A stretch of DNA of 64,000 bases, taken from the NCBI GenBank assembly GCA_030141605.1, contig JAQGDQ010000574.1, positions 62,001-126,000 on the forward strand, read 5' to 3'. This document shows, piece after piece, positions 25,601 to 63,948 of this stretch. The position numbers and the translations under genes were made by a program. Source of the DNA: Tubiluchus corallicola (Eukaryota > Animalia > Priapulida). The notes below the pieces were generated by a model that saw only the letters and a program-made list of their open reading frames with translations, did no database searches and was not told where the DNA came from. Each line of letters starts with the position of its first letter. The first letter of the stretch is position 1.

Positions 25601-28600
25601 GTTGAGAAGTTCATGAACAAGCTCATGCATGTTAAAGCGCGTTGCAGCCTGTAGCAGCTTGTTGAGCCAATGTGTTCTATCTGCACCAAGTAAAAGAGCA
25701 AATTGGTAAAAACCTAGTAACGTCTCGAGTAACGATTTTTGTTCGGCGTCTGACACACTGTCAATAAGTACCTTGATTCTTTCCATATCAACAACGAATC
25801 AAAAACACTTCGCACTGTAATCTTTTAGTCAGGTAGCAGAAAAACCGAAGTGGCTAATTTATATTGTGTATTAAAAATATCATACAAACAGCATACAAAA
25901 TGGTCTTATGCTTTATTTTATTTTCAAGCACGTAAACTTGTACCAGATAGTAGAACGTTCTAGCAAATAATAATTCCACAAGCTGTGATAGTAAAATTTG
26001 TGCATATTGTACCTTTGTACCTTAATCACAGCAAACTGATGACAAACAAACAAACAACTTATCCTGGTAAATAAGACGCAATTTGTCTAAAGCGCTGTTA
26101 TCAGATGTAAATAGTGAAGCATGGTGCAATGAGGAAACCTCGTGCAAAATGGCGTAATTTTATAGCAAAGTAGTTTTGTGAGAGGATCCAATTTATTTCT
26201 TGGTTGCTTGCAAACAATTGTCTTTTTTTAATAAAGAGCCATAACACTTGGATAAATTGTTGCTGTATATTTAATTCTAAACATGGACTCTTGATACAGT
26301 CTTTTAGGTTCATTTTGTTTATATTTTTATCTATTGGTGACCATTACATTTTTTTCAAGGCTTGATAATGTAGTTATACTCAAAATGAAAATATAATTAT
26401 TATGGATACCCATACCCAATCTATAGGTTGCTGTGACTTCAGTCTGGAATATAAGAACTACGGAGCAGCATTGCAGCCCCTTTTAATATAGTTGACTTTG
26501 TATTCTAGTGTATATCCTATACTTAGGTTGCATTGATAGCTTAATTTAGTTAATTACTCATGTTAATTGAATGAGTCATTAGTTAATTACTCATTAAGCG
26601 AATTTATCTACTACAATAAAGCAAGTAGTGACTGTAGGTATATGAGCACACACCTAGTTAGCTCTGGGAAGAGTCCCACCTCATACCTGCCCTAGATCTC
26701 CCATACGCTCAACTGAACAGGCTATCTAGCCAATAAATTGTCGTGTTAAAGGACAAGGTCATCCAGTTTTATCTGTTCTAGAAATTGAAACTAGGTTCAA
26801 CACAGTGTGTCGAACGTGTTAAGCCAGTGAAGTCGTCGAATATGGCTTCCGACGAATATTCATTAATAATCGAAGTCAAGACTTAATTACTGTGGCGACA
26901 GAAAGTGATTAAAGGGCACTGACATACCAAAGGGTTTGGTGTTTGAGCCGTGAGGCGAAAACACCAATAAACTGGCTACTACTTGTTATTTGACGTACTG
27001 CTGTAAACGGAAATTCAGGAGATCTGGTGCAGAAACAACCAGGCGATGACCAGACGTTGTATCAGTGGTAGTTTCACGAGCTCCACGGGTCAGGACTCCA
27101 CTGCACTCCACTAGGATTGGAGTACTTTACCACTTACGACTCCGGTACACCTGACAATATTGTCGAAGTGGCCACGTAAAATTCCGCCCCCTGCTGAGCT
27201 TTGGAAGAGTAACTGCTCAAGATTCCACAAAGTTCGCATAACCATTTAGTCACGTTATTCCAGCTTCTAGAGTGATGGAGAACGTCAAATGTTGGAATCC
27301 GACAGTGTCCGACTTTTCAGGCACTCCAACTCAGCCTATTGAGTAACTTAGTCTGGTGTACACTTGTGTGATCCTACATATTAATTTATTGATTGCCTGT
27401 TTGCTACAGCTCAAGCTGTGCAGTGTTCAGCTGCTATTCCAGGAAAAACCAACCGATCAGCCAAGGAGAAATCAAGGTCATTTCATCTTGTAACAAGAAT
27501 TTCTTCTTAAAAATACAGTAGACTCAAAGTGTATCAGAGTGTTGTGGCTGGATAGTTGAAATTTTCTACATTAGCTGATTTCACACAAGTGATACTGTAC
27601 TTTGTTACAGGTGCAAACACTGCAGTTACTGAAGGCTTTTCTTAATTTTTTTCTTCAAAAATTTATTTGTAAGTTTGTCTAAGGTATGCGAATGCATTAA
27701 TATGTAATTTTGTATGAAAAAGTTATCAAATATTGCATAATTGCTAAATAGTGAGATCAGTTTTTCATGGACTCATGGAAAATGCAGCAAACGTTTACAC
27801 TCCCCAAGGGTTGAAGCACATTTTAAATTGCAATGATGCTGTTGTGGAGATCGCTGGCATCTATTAGAATTACAATGAACATTGTAGAATGTTCCATTAG
27901 AATAATCGTCTTACCTTGTAGAATGTTCTAGAAAGAAACGTCTAGAATGTTCCCTGGCACCCTATATAAGGTGAAGCAGGCCGCTGAGACGGGAACACTG
28001 GATTCACACGGACGCCACTTACACATTCTCTTCTATACTTACATTTGTTTTCCAGATTTTCACGTTTAGTGTAAACATTTCGTGTTCCTTCATACTTTTG
28101 TGTTGTAGAATTCTCGCTTAATAAACTAGTTTAATTTGATGAAATGTTTTCTGGTTTTCTCTACGAGGCTTTAGAGAGAAATGCAACACAACAGCTACGC
28201 CTCACACTATAACTTGTAAACTTTTATTACATTATTACGGTTACATAGGAACCAGTTGGTGAAACTCTGGAAGAACTGTGGATATCTTACAACTTTATTG
28301 AGAAAGTGAAAGGTGTAAATGTTCTAAAAAATTTAAAGGTAAACACATTTCATATCTATAATTTTACCCTGGTATCTTTTTTTAACCCTTTCAGTCCCAA
28401 ATTATTTTTTTAATAAGAAAAATTTTTTTGGCTTGGTACTTTTGCGCATCAGTGCGTTCCTGTGTCTATTATTATGAAAATGAATTACAACCTTTTGTTC
28501 CCAATGTATCCTGTGGGATACACAGCATTCTTTGTCATGTGCAAAAAAACAAAGTCCGACTTTTTTAAAAACACAACAAAAGCAAAAAATGTGCCTCATT

Positions 28601-31600
28601 TTGCAACTGCTGATAATTTCTTAAAGTATTTAAGACATTTAGTATGCACGCTATGCTGATCTGTACAAAGTCGTCTCTAAAGTACTGTACCTTGCGCAGT
28701 TTTTTATGCTATGTAGATTTTCTAGTTTGCCATTTTATCACCATTTTTAGTCTGTTGTTATTGGCTTAAATCAAAATAACTATTAGCAGATCAAATAACT
28801 GTCAGTTTTAAAATTTTATTAATATTCTCGTATTCCACGGGATACAACGGGTATGAAAGGGTTGATTAAAAATTCCTTAATTCAGTCTCGCTGTTTGTTG
28901 TACTTTTTTCAACTGCAAAACTATTTATCCATTCGAGTTGAAGTTTGATAGGATGGTTAGTTAGGCTGCCTTTGGTTCGAAACAAAAAATGTGGCAATTT
29001 GTAATTATTTAACTAATTATAGCTGTTTATTAATTAATTTTAATAAGTTTAAATTGCTTTAATTCTTATCCGAGTTGAAATTTGATAGGATGGTTAGTTA
29101 AGATGTCTTTGGTTCAGAGAGAAAAACTGGTAGAAATTTGTTAATCACAGTAGCAGAGTTGCTTAATTAATAAGCCTTTTGACAGTCTGGTTGTGCGCAC
29201 ATGCAGTTGCCGTAGGTCAAAGGTTAAGTGTGCCACAGCTATGCGTCTTAACTACAACCATCACGTGATGTGTGTGTAATGTGAAGCTGTCTGTCGCATC
29301 AGTTCAGTAATGTCAGTTGTTTTACCTGCGCTTCACTTAATTATGCATTAGTCTGTGAGTAGAATGATTTACTAGCAGGATCTTGCTTGGGAACAAGAAA
29401 AAAATGAACTAGGTAAGGTTCTAGCTAGCTGTTAGAACTGTTACTATTACAACAATGTGGGATGTGAGGCTTTGTCAAGTGTACGCAAATGCGTTGACTG
29501 GTACACTTGACCTTTGACCTTTTTACGATCATCATGATTTGCTGGAACTGTGAAAAGGCTCATTACAGTGTTATTTTTGTAACTAGTACAATATATTTAT
29601 GAAATCAATCGATGTTATTGATTTTGTAATTTTGTTTATAGGTGCTGTACATGTCCAACAATTTAGTGAAGGACTGGGGGGAGTTTGGTAAACTGGCTGA
29701 TGTGCCAAATTTACAAGAGCTTGTGTTTGTAGGTAAGTTTAAAATTTATGTGCCAGATGACTTGTAAAGTCTGAATTTGTACTCGGCCCTGGTAGAAGTC
29801 TGAAATCGGACTCTGCCCTGGTAGAAGTCTGTATTTGTACTCGGCCCTGGTAGAAGTCTGAATTTGGACTCGGCCCTGGTAGAAGTCTGTATTTGTACTC
29901 GGCCCTGGTAGAAGTCTGAATTTGGACTCGGCCCTTGTAGAAGTCTGTATTTGTACTCGGCCCTGGTAGAAGTCTGAATTTGGACTCGGCCCTTGTAGAA
30001 GTCTGTATTTGTACTCGGCCCTGGTAGAAGTCTGAATTTGGACTCGGCCCTGGTAGAAGTCTGTATTTGTACTCGGCCCTGGTAGAAATCTAAATTCGGA
30101 CTCGGCCCTGGTAGAAGTCTAAATTCGGACTCGGTCCTGGTCTGAATTTGGACTCTGCACTGGTAGAAGTCTGAATTTGGACTCGGCCCTGGTAGAAGTC
30201 TAAATTCGGACTCGGCCCTGGTAGAAGTCTGAATTTGGACTCGGCCCTTGTAGAAGTCTGTATTTGTACTCGGCCCTGGTAGAAGTCTGAATTTGGACTC
30301 GGCCCTGGTAGAAGTCTAAATTCGGACTCGGTCCTGGTCTGAAATCGGACTCTGCCCTGGTAGAAGTCTGTATTTGTACTCGGCCCTGGTAGAAGTCTGA
30401 ATTTGGACTCGGCCCTTGTAGAAGTCTGTATTTGTACTCGGCCCTGGTAGAAGTCTGAATTTGGACTCGGCCCTGGTAGAAGTCTGTATTTGGACTCTGC
30501 CCTGGTAGAAATCTAAATTCGGACTCGGCCCTGGTAGAAGTCTGAATTTGGACTCGGCCCTGGTCTGAATTTGGACTTGGCCCTGGTAGAAGTCTGAATT
30601 TGTACTCGGCCCTGGTCGAATTTGGACTCGGCCCTGGTCTGAATATGGACTCGGCCCTGGTAGAAGTCTGTATTTGGACTCTGCCCTGGTAGAAATCTAA
30701 ATTCGGACTCGGCCCTGGTAGAAGTCTGAATTTGGACTCGGCCCTGGTCTGAATTTGGACTTGGCCCTGGTAGAAGTCTGAATTTGTACTCGGCCCTGGT
30801 CTGAATTTGGACTCGGCCCTGGTCTGAATATGGACTCGGCCCTGGTAGAAGTCTGTATTTGGACTCTGCCCTGGTAGAAATCTAAATTCGGACTCGGCCC
30901 TGGTAGAAGTCTGAATTTGGACTCGGCCCTGGTCTGAATTTGGACTTGGCCCTGGTAGAAGTCTGAATTTGTACTCGGCCCTGGTCTGAATTTGGACTCG
31001 GCCCTGGTCTGAATATGGACTCGGCCCTGGTAGAAGTCTGAATTTGGACTCCGCCCTGGTAGAAGTCTGTATTTGTACTCGGCCTTGGTAGAAGTCTAGA
31101 TTTGGACTCGACCCTGGTAGAAGTCTGTATTTGTACTCGGCCCTGGTAGAAGTCTGTATTTGTACTCGACCCTGGTCTGAATTTAGACTCGGCCCTGGTA
31201 GATTTGGTTTGAGTACGCACAGCAGAGAAATTGCCAGGACCAGATTTGGACTGACCCTATAAACCGGATAATATTCATCAAAACTGATTATTATCTGAAT
31301 AATCTTATTTTAATGGCATTTTACATTTGATAAAGGTTATTTCAGAAGTAACTGCACCGAACAGAAGGCTAACTTTGTGCGTCCCAGGGGAATGAGGGAA
31401 TAGGGGAAGCTGATCTTTCTCCTGTAATTAAATCTTCTAATTATAATCAGTGAAATAATGAATCTTGTAAATTTTGAAAGGTAATCCGTTGGAAGAAAAG
31501 CACAGTTCGGATGGAACATGGAGAGATGAAGCTTGCAAGCGCTTAACGAATTTGAAAAAACTTGACGGTGAATTTCCTTGTAACAAATTTAATCTTCGCT

Positions 31601-32987
31601 TTACCGTTGCCGTTCAATGAAAGATGCAAAAAATGAACTCAAACCAAAAACAGTAAAGTTCTACATGTCTGGATTATAATATTGTGCAATTAAACAATTA
31701 TATCATCGACTTCATAATATTTTTAACAAATTTCTAATTTTCTTTTGCTGAGGGCAAACCACGATTCTTCTCGCACTTTGGAAGCTCACGTTTTTTAATT
31801 GTTTTTTATAACTGAAGGTGCAACTCCGACAACTTGGCTACCAAAGAAACTGTTCACATTCGGTGCAATTTGGAACATATGCCTAATTTTTGAAACATTA
31901 CATGATTCTCTAAAAGTTTCTAGTCATTTCGGTGTACTGTTTTCCATTTGCTGAAGTTGGTGTGGATCCGTTTCGTTTTATAATAAATTTGTTTATCGGT
32001 TGTTTCATGTAACGTATTCCATTTAGATTTAACTCTTTCAGGACCAAAATAAGTCTTATAAGACCTATGACTTTTCTGCTGTTATATGAGTTCACAGACA
32101 TAACTAAATGATTACAAATTAGATACTGCTCTATTCAGGAATCTTGTCTATCTAAGTTTCCTATTTGTTTAAACATTTTTCAGTGATTTAATTGCATAAA
32201 ATTAAGGCAAAGAGCCTCTTCAGGCACTTAGCCTTGAGTAGCTGAGTTTGGTGTGCACTTGCGTGATCGTACACAATATTTTATTGATCGTGTCACTGCT
32301 TGCAACGCCCCCCCCCAGTTGAGCAAGTTCTGCTGTCCAGAAAAAAGGACAAATTAAGGTCGTTTCACCTTTTCACAGGAATTTCTTCTTAAAAATAGAG
32401 GAGACTTGAGGGTTAAGTGCATCAGAGTGTTGTGTTTGGACAGTTGAAATTTTCTACATTAGCTGATTTCACACAATGGATACTGTACATTGTTACAGTG
32501 CAAATGTTGCAGTTGCTGAAAGATTTTTAATGGTTTTCATAAAATTCAATAAAATTCATTCTTTATTTGTCTAAAGTAAGCAAATGCATTTCATATATAA
32601 TGTTGCATGAAAATCCATTGTGTGAGGAGTAGAAACCTACAAAAATTATCAAATATAATGTAATCACTGCTTAGTGACAGCAGTTTTTCATGAACTCGTG
32701 CAAAAATGCAGCAAACTTTTACGGTCCTGAAGGAATTAATATTTACCAGTTGAAGTTGAGGGAGAACTGACAAGTTACAAGAACAGCTGAAACATCTTAA
32801 GTACCTTACATGTTTGTTGAGAATCACTGCTGTCAGATTGTCTGTCTGTCTCTTGTATAATTGATCTCTTGTACCCATTTTGAACTAGTTTAATTTGTTT
32901 CAAGTAGACACACCAATTAGACGCTTGTTTTTTTACTACACAGGTGTTCCAGTCATCAGACAAGAAGCTGATGAAGAGGAAGGCTAG
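16634..32987 (+). CDS. DNAL1: Dynein axonemal light chain 1 (LRR protein), 9 exons, 192 aa
   Basis: In-phase GT-AG exons 16634-16639, 16784-16822, 17044-17153, 20567-20622, 21877-21932, 28249-28338, 29642-29732, 31481-31567, 32944-32987. They translate to [15 protein letters not shown]...PPIEKMDAS...[18 protein letters not shown]...LSLGRNNIK...[13 protein letters not shown]...[11 protein letters not shown]...[12 protein letters not shown]...LKKLDG. Confidence 0.95.
17683..20380. mobile_element. 2.7-kb TTAA-flanked TIR DNA transposon remnant in DNAL1 intron 3
   Basis: TTAA-GAACGCGTCCGCGAGAAGACCATGCA ... TGCATGGTGCTCTCGCGGACTCGTTC-TTAA; contains a Cys/His-bearing ORF stub at about 18392-18600. 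Superfamily (Kolobok or Sola3-like) not determinable. Confidence 0.7.
20663..21052 (+). mobile_element. Solo LTR-like element
   Basis: TGTTGTG...CACAACA termini, TATAAGG and AATAAA; homolog at 27840-28193. Confidence 0.6.
21470..21767. mobile_element. MITE family A, partial copy
   Basis: Core CTTGCTTGGGAGCAAGAAAAAATGAACTA and right end GAAAAGACTTATT. Confidence 0.7.
22096..22214 (+). pseudogene. 5S rRNA-derived sequence forming the SINE head
   Basis: CTACAGCCAAATCACG...CGATCACCGAAGTTAAGC...GGTTAGTGCTTGGATGGGTGACCGC...GGAATACCTGGTGCTGTAG matches animal 5S rRNA with substitutions and no oligo-T terminator. Confidence 0.85.
22097..22645 (+). mobile_element. Full-length 5S-rRNA-derived SINE (SINE3 type) with RTE-like 3' tail
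   Basis: 5S-like head 22096-22214, unique body, 3' tail ending GAAGGATGCC(AAC)n, and the direct repeat AACATAACTATC on both sides. Confidence 0.85.
22722..23197. mobile_element. Family P left-end fragment, downstream of the cGLR gene
   Basis: TTAA+CTCCTTCAGGACC; collinear with 573-1058 and truncated after GTGATACTGTACATTG. Confidence 0.75.
23294..25786 (-). CDS. Ankyrin-repeat plus Mab21/cGAS-like nucleotidyltransferase (cGLR-like), intronless, nested antisense in DNAL1 intron 5
   Basis: 830-aa ORF. The N-terminal half has about 8-9 ankyrin repeats ([49 protein letters not shown]). The C-terminal half has [19 protein letters not shown] (GS...DEFD), VSVDVTPC (third acidic residue), FAVAE and [12 protein letters not shown] (Mab21 SY-h-h-K motif). 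Confidence 0.88.
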   Translation of the reverse strand: MERIKVLIDSVSDAEQKSLLETLLGFYQFALLLGADRTHWLNKLLQAATRFNMHELVHELLNRGAEIESLSRITIKFSGPVHMEVTPLETACSLGHTFLAQQLIERGAEINCHSRSSRHSPLILAIQKGHTEICEMLLAYGAEVDTFPETYKIRPIQHASSLGHTEIVKLLIKYGAKIDEHPYISVDGPPPLHAAAIHGHFEILVYLLLKGANVFYLNRTGYTALHAAATQRHVHCAALLMFAGSDILAENDDGWTPLSMACVRGRLDVLKLIYENMQERYSPKVVKQIVNKLYNGGSLIHLACQDAHTSAESVDVVKYLIDVGVQTKMLNDFHKTAYDICIGRAYAKALNRNYKQIAGLFLSYQYFQMWQEVSSKLSVTEGDETVSEVSVTGDDETVSKNICGLPLKDLVSEPGLGKISNVEEFDDIRKNIMELLGAASRIVYENHHIRFMPILVGSSACGVKIGQPDEFDFFAVVQLHRDFTADYFIKHHSLSDGKLKETFSQYLCEAVPAALREEEFKEKIVPNSFPHVVEWNKVCTCLKLCVLLPNKKIAQVSVDVTPCFEKVGVPKNANDKWPEDVNSYHYVLKPVESKINNCVSTKVEPTFAVAECGFIKNLDNNRKMVFILIKVLVKPVLYSCNKEIHLYPSHVASTFHNILVRADVNLPELYRAIKYQPDKVIDSYMLKVAFLHEVVTTKDDWGTENLKAHAVSIFQYIGHCCREGTMFHPLLNDVNILEDLKHKEMSGIPLLKLAEDAARAIANKLDIDAIPSNKGLMEPDLEKYHAMLKTHAANQAEGIWVKTQIERIDLYLRIVWDEIEESDKKQQSAS
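26430..27310 (+). mobile_element. Possible degenerate LTR retrotransposon 5' fragment
   Basis: AATAAA then ...AACACA followed by a PBS-like GTGTGTCGAACGTG and a decayed GC-richer tract; no intact ORF. Confidence 0.3.
27313..27810. mobile_element. Family P middle and right-end fragment, upstream of the cGLR gene
   Basis: Collinear with about 765-1282; degenerate right TIR (AACGTTTACACTCCCCAAGGGTTGA). Confidence 0.7.
27840..28193 (+). mobile_element. Solo LTR-like element, second copy
   Basis: TGTTGTG...CACAACA termini, TATATAAGG and AATAAA; 3' half closely matches 20900-21052. Confidence 0.6.
28386..28861. mobile_element. piggyBac-like MITE
   Basis: TTAA-CCCTTTCAGTCCC ... GGGTATGAAAGGG-TTGA. 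Confidence 0.5.
29169..29564. mobile_element. MITE family A, copy
   Basis: AATAAGCCTTTTGACAG ... CTGTGAAAAGGCTCATT. Confidence 0.8.
29765..31200. repeat. Minisatellite with 29-bp and 23-bp units in DNAL1 intron 7
   Basis: GGTAGAAGTCTGAATTTGGACTCGGCCCT and the shorter variant GGTCTGAATTTGGACTCGGCCCT. Confidence 0.95.
32033..32735. mobile_element. Family P full copy
   Basis: TTAA-CTCTTTCAGGACC ... GGTCCTGAAGGAA-TTAA. Confidence 0.78.
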
Positions 32988-33189
32988 GTGCAAGCAACAT
33001 AGAGATGTATTGGACAGAGGAGGTACACGACATTCCGATTTGTCCAGTTTTCAGAAAGTGAAGCTGTTAGTAATCTGTATAAATGCCATTTGTTTAAAAG
33101 TAACAATGGTTGTAAATCAATATCAAATAAACATATAGGCTACATATTAGCCAAAACTATACACGTAATATGTTGTGATATGTGTAAAA

Positions 33190-33750
33190 TATAGTAAACT
33201 ATGTATAACTCGGTCTGGAATAACTCAAATTCTTGTGTATGTCAAATGGATCTTGTGGAACGGATTTTCCCTTTAACAAACATCGTGTGACTCGAATTAT
33301 CACCTAAGTCCAACCGAATTCCCGCTTCAGTTCTTACGAATCTGACTGAGATTACCCGCCTAGCTCAAACAACCTTGCAAGCAAAAAATCCTACACGAAA
33401 ATGTGCACCACATTAACTACAAAAATGCTAAGATTTCTTGTATTACCTCAACAGAATGCGACACGCAGCATGACTTAATGAACGTGGTTTAATGTAAATC
33501 ACAAAATTATTATGGCGGAATTCTATTAACCATGCTACTCATACTACCGTAGAGGTGGACCAGTTATATTTTATTCAAAAATTTTTTTATTATTTCATTA
33601 AAGGCTCAGTTTGTCATTTCCACAGGCTGTAGGGTTACTAGTATATTGTCCAACGTTGATGAGCGACTCGGTCTTGTTTTCTTATGGACATTGTCCAACT
33701 CGTGCTTTCGCATAACTCGAACAAATTTCCCGGTCCCCGAGGTTTCCGTA
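33190..33750. mobile_element. Repeat family shared, inverted, with 41165-41600
   Basis: For example TTCTATTAACCATGCTACTCA near 33521 versus TGAGTAGCATGGTTAATAGAA near 41379, plus matching CAGTTTGTCATTT and GAGCGACTC blocks. Confidence 0.6.
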
Positions 33751-33824
33751 GTTTACCGTATTTATAACAAAATGATCCCCAAGTGTTGCTTTTGTCTGTT
33801 AAAACGATAACGTTGCGCTTAACT

Positions 33825-34285
33825 TAGGGTTACCATGTTGTCTGAGTTGAAAATGAGGACGCAAATGGCTATACAGCAAAAAAACATTAACACACTGTCA
33901 GTCGGCTGCTTCTTCTTGGCTCTCAGAAACAGTTACGCTTGAACTTGACTGAGCCCGAGGCTAAGATCAAGAATACGCCGAGTATCTACAGCTGTGTGAG
34001 TCGCGTGACCCATAGTGATGTGCGCATCGCTTACTTTTGTTCAGTAAATATGTACACAAAGCTTTTACAAGGGTTGCATTTTGAGATGTTAGCAACATCT
34101 TGTATTGAAAATTAACGAGCTTTTCTTTGTCTCGTACTGTCGTGCACCTCTGCAGTTGGCCTCTCCATACATACTTGCAGATTGAGGCAAAACCCGGACA
34201 AACTACCGATTTTTTGAAAACCCGCCCTGACAGAGGCCCAAAAAAGAGCACGTGTCCGGGGAAACCCGGATGTATGGTAACCCTA
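33825..34285. mobile_element. hAT-like MITE
   Basis: TIR TAGGGTTACCAT / ATGGTAACCCTA with 8-bp flanks GCTTAACT / GTTTAACT. Confidence 0.75.
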
Positions 34286-36035
34286 GTTTAACTTATACAT
34301 GGTGTAAGCTCATTCATTTAACTCTATTACAATATAATTTGTACTAGAAAAAGCAAAGACACAATGCAATTGTAAAGTATCCATATAAATTTTATTTTGA
34401 GACTTTATATTTATATTGCAATTAAAATTTGTAACAACATCAATTCTTTTAACAAAATTTTCTTAAAGAATTAACCAAGTTAGATTTTATCAGTTGATAA
34501 TAAGGCAGGAACGAGTTTCGCAATATTTCACCTTGGATAAATTTTCTAGTACATTCATTAAAAAAACTACAAACCAAAAATAAGTTTCTTACAATGTACT
34601 AAACAAAAAAAAACCTATTAATCATTTGGTTAGAACATGACATCATATTTTACAACATGATACACGAAATCGTGATACTAAAAAGTACGATATCTACACT
34701 AAAAGCAACAAATACATAAAATCATGAGCAATGATAAGTAGGGACGCTAAAATGATTATATGGTTTAATTAGGACTTAGTTAAAAATGAAGGCAAGATAT
34801 TGATTAACCTCGGAAATGAACGATGTAATTATTTACATGATTTCTCAAAACGCCTGTTCATAATTAATGAAAATCGTCTATATGACTCTTCTATTTAAAT
34901 CCGTAAAATCTACCGTACCTAATATAAAATCACAATATTGCACTAAATCATCTACATTTCAACAAAAAATCAATAATTCAACAATTTATCACGACAAAGC
35001 AAACTTTCACTTGCAAGATTTTTTTTGCAAAAATATAAACCTCTCAGATGATCCATCTGCAAAATATAATCTTTGTGTCTACCGGCTACAATATGAAACA
35101 ATGCGGCTAAACTTTACTCACATATGTAACAAAATTTACATACAGCGTGTTTGTTCTTTAAACAAAATAAACCTTCATGTAGAGATACGTGTGCGAACAC
35201 GTCAAAACAGCCGTAGATAACAAAAATCTCAACACATGTGAACAATTACACAGATATATCTTCAATAAACAACTGACGTTATCAACACACTAAGAAAAGT
35301 GATCAGTTTTGTTCAGTATAAGCCTAATTAATTTTACTTTTTTCATCAAAATGAAAAAGTACATTTGATATCTAAAAAAATGTGCGGTGTGAACCAACTA
35401 AACGTATCGCAATCACAACGGTTCGTTACCGTCGACAAACATTCTGCGCTTTACAATTTTACCCCATACATCATATAATAACTTTATATACTTAAAACAA
35501 ATTCCGGTTTCAGCAATGCCACCTAACTGGAACTGCGAACATTTTTCATTTTTTCAATCACCACAAACTAGAAAATTTCTCTTCTGCTCTGGGAGCAGCT
35601 AAAGAATCGCAATAACATTTCATTATCAACAAATAATTCCATAGATCCTCAAGCCTTTTCAAACTTAAGCTAATTTACAAGGGCACAATTCTGCGTTCGC
35701 CTTTTGAAAAGGTTGCGAATGATTCATTAACACCTGTTAATTAAAGCCGTGCGACAAGAATTTACAGTTGTAATTTGATTACGTGAAGCACCCCGGACTG
35801 AACTTTGCAAAATCAAACTTGAAACTTTCAAATTTAATCGCCATCTTTGATTACAAACAGCAAAAGAAAACAACGACTTGTTTTTATAAACTCAAACTCT
35901 TGGAGCTTCGCTGATAAGAACTTCCTAACTTTGACTAGTTTCAGCACTCGGCAACCTAGGTAGTAAGTCATAACACATAAACTAACAATTAAACTTCGTT
36001 TCACGAGTGACCGTTGTTGCTGACCGGAAAGTCTA

Positions 36036-36372
36036 AAGTGGCGTTTACGTAGCATCCAGATGCGGATGCGCTTTGAAACGTGCAGAATAGATAAAATCGG
36101 TTTACACTGTTTTCAATGCAGCCGTTTATGGAGCCTGTGTCATTCTTCTTTTGCAGCTGTTTTCTATTAATTTTGTTCCGCAGGTGGAAAACACATCCAC
36201 ATCCTCATCCAGACGTTACATAAACACCACTTAACGTCATCCATATCCTCATCCAGACGTTACCGTAAACTCCACTTAACGTCATCCACATTCTCATCCA
36301 GGCGTTACGTAAACTCCACTTAACGTCATCCACATCCTCATCCAGATGTTACCGTAAACGCCACTTAACGTC
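36036..36372. mobile_element. Small TIR element whose right end is tandemly amplified (~45-bp unit, four copies)
   Basis: Left AAGTGGCGTTTACGTAGCATCC; right CATCCAGACGTTAC(C)GTAAAC(T/G)CCACTTAA repeated; related copy at 42880-43078. Confidence 0.6.
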
Positions 36373-36939
36373 TATAACTCACAAATATCGGAGTACGACG
36401 CAGTTTACAGCAAAGCCAACTAATATTTTACTATAATATATATGCACGCTTAGATTGACGCAATGAAAACTCTTCCAAATGCATCGCTAAACTGTTTGTT
36501 ACAGAAAAGCGCAAATCCGTAAGCCATCAGCCATAATCCATGGTAGGCTCCTTGCAAGCCGTTATTGTGAAATGAACTTGGCCATTAATTTTATTTGTCA
36601 TAAAGCGTTTTTGGTCATCAAAAATGTGAAAATCAGTGTAATTAAGCTTTTTCTATACAAAATTCATTTATATTATAAGAATTCATAAGTCGATAAACCT
36701 GCTGTTCTTCTCAAACTTGCCAAACAGTGAAAACGCGCTGTACAGACGAAAGCTTCAAACTGACACAGCTATGAACACGTCGTACAGACTCAGTTATCAG
36801 ACGTCAAATAAGCAATGTAGAGACGAAGGATTTCTATTACAGAAGGTTCTATATTCATCCAAGCTTCAGATGCTGGTTCATTAGTGAGTCATCATAATGT
36901 TTGATAGAATCGTCTGATGCTTTTCATATAATATCATTT

Positions 36940-63948
<27,009 letters not shown>

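Noticed and set aside
20663-28193. Two direct LTR-like repeats about 7.5 kb apart enclosing the cGLR, resembling a full LTR retroelement with cargo
   Set aside because: The interval contains conserved DNAL1 exon 5 (21877-21932), the copies are clearly diverged, there is no shared TSD and no gag/pol; two solo LTRs are more likely
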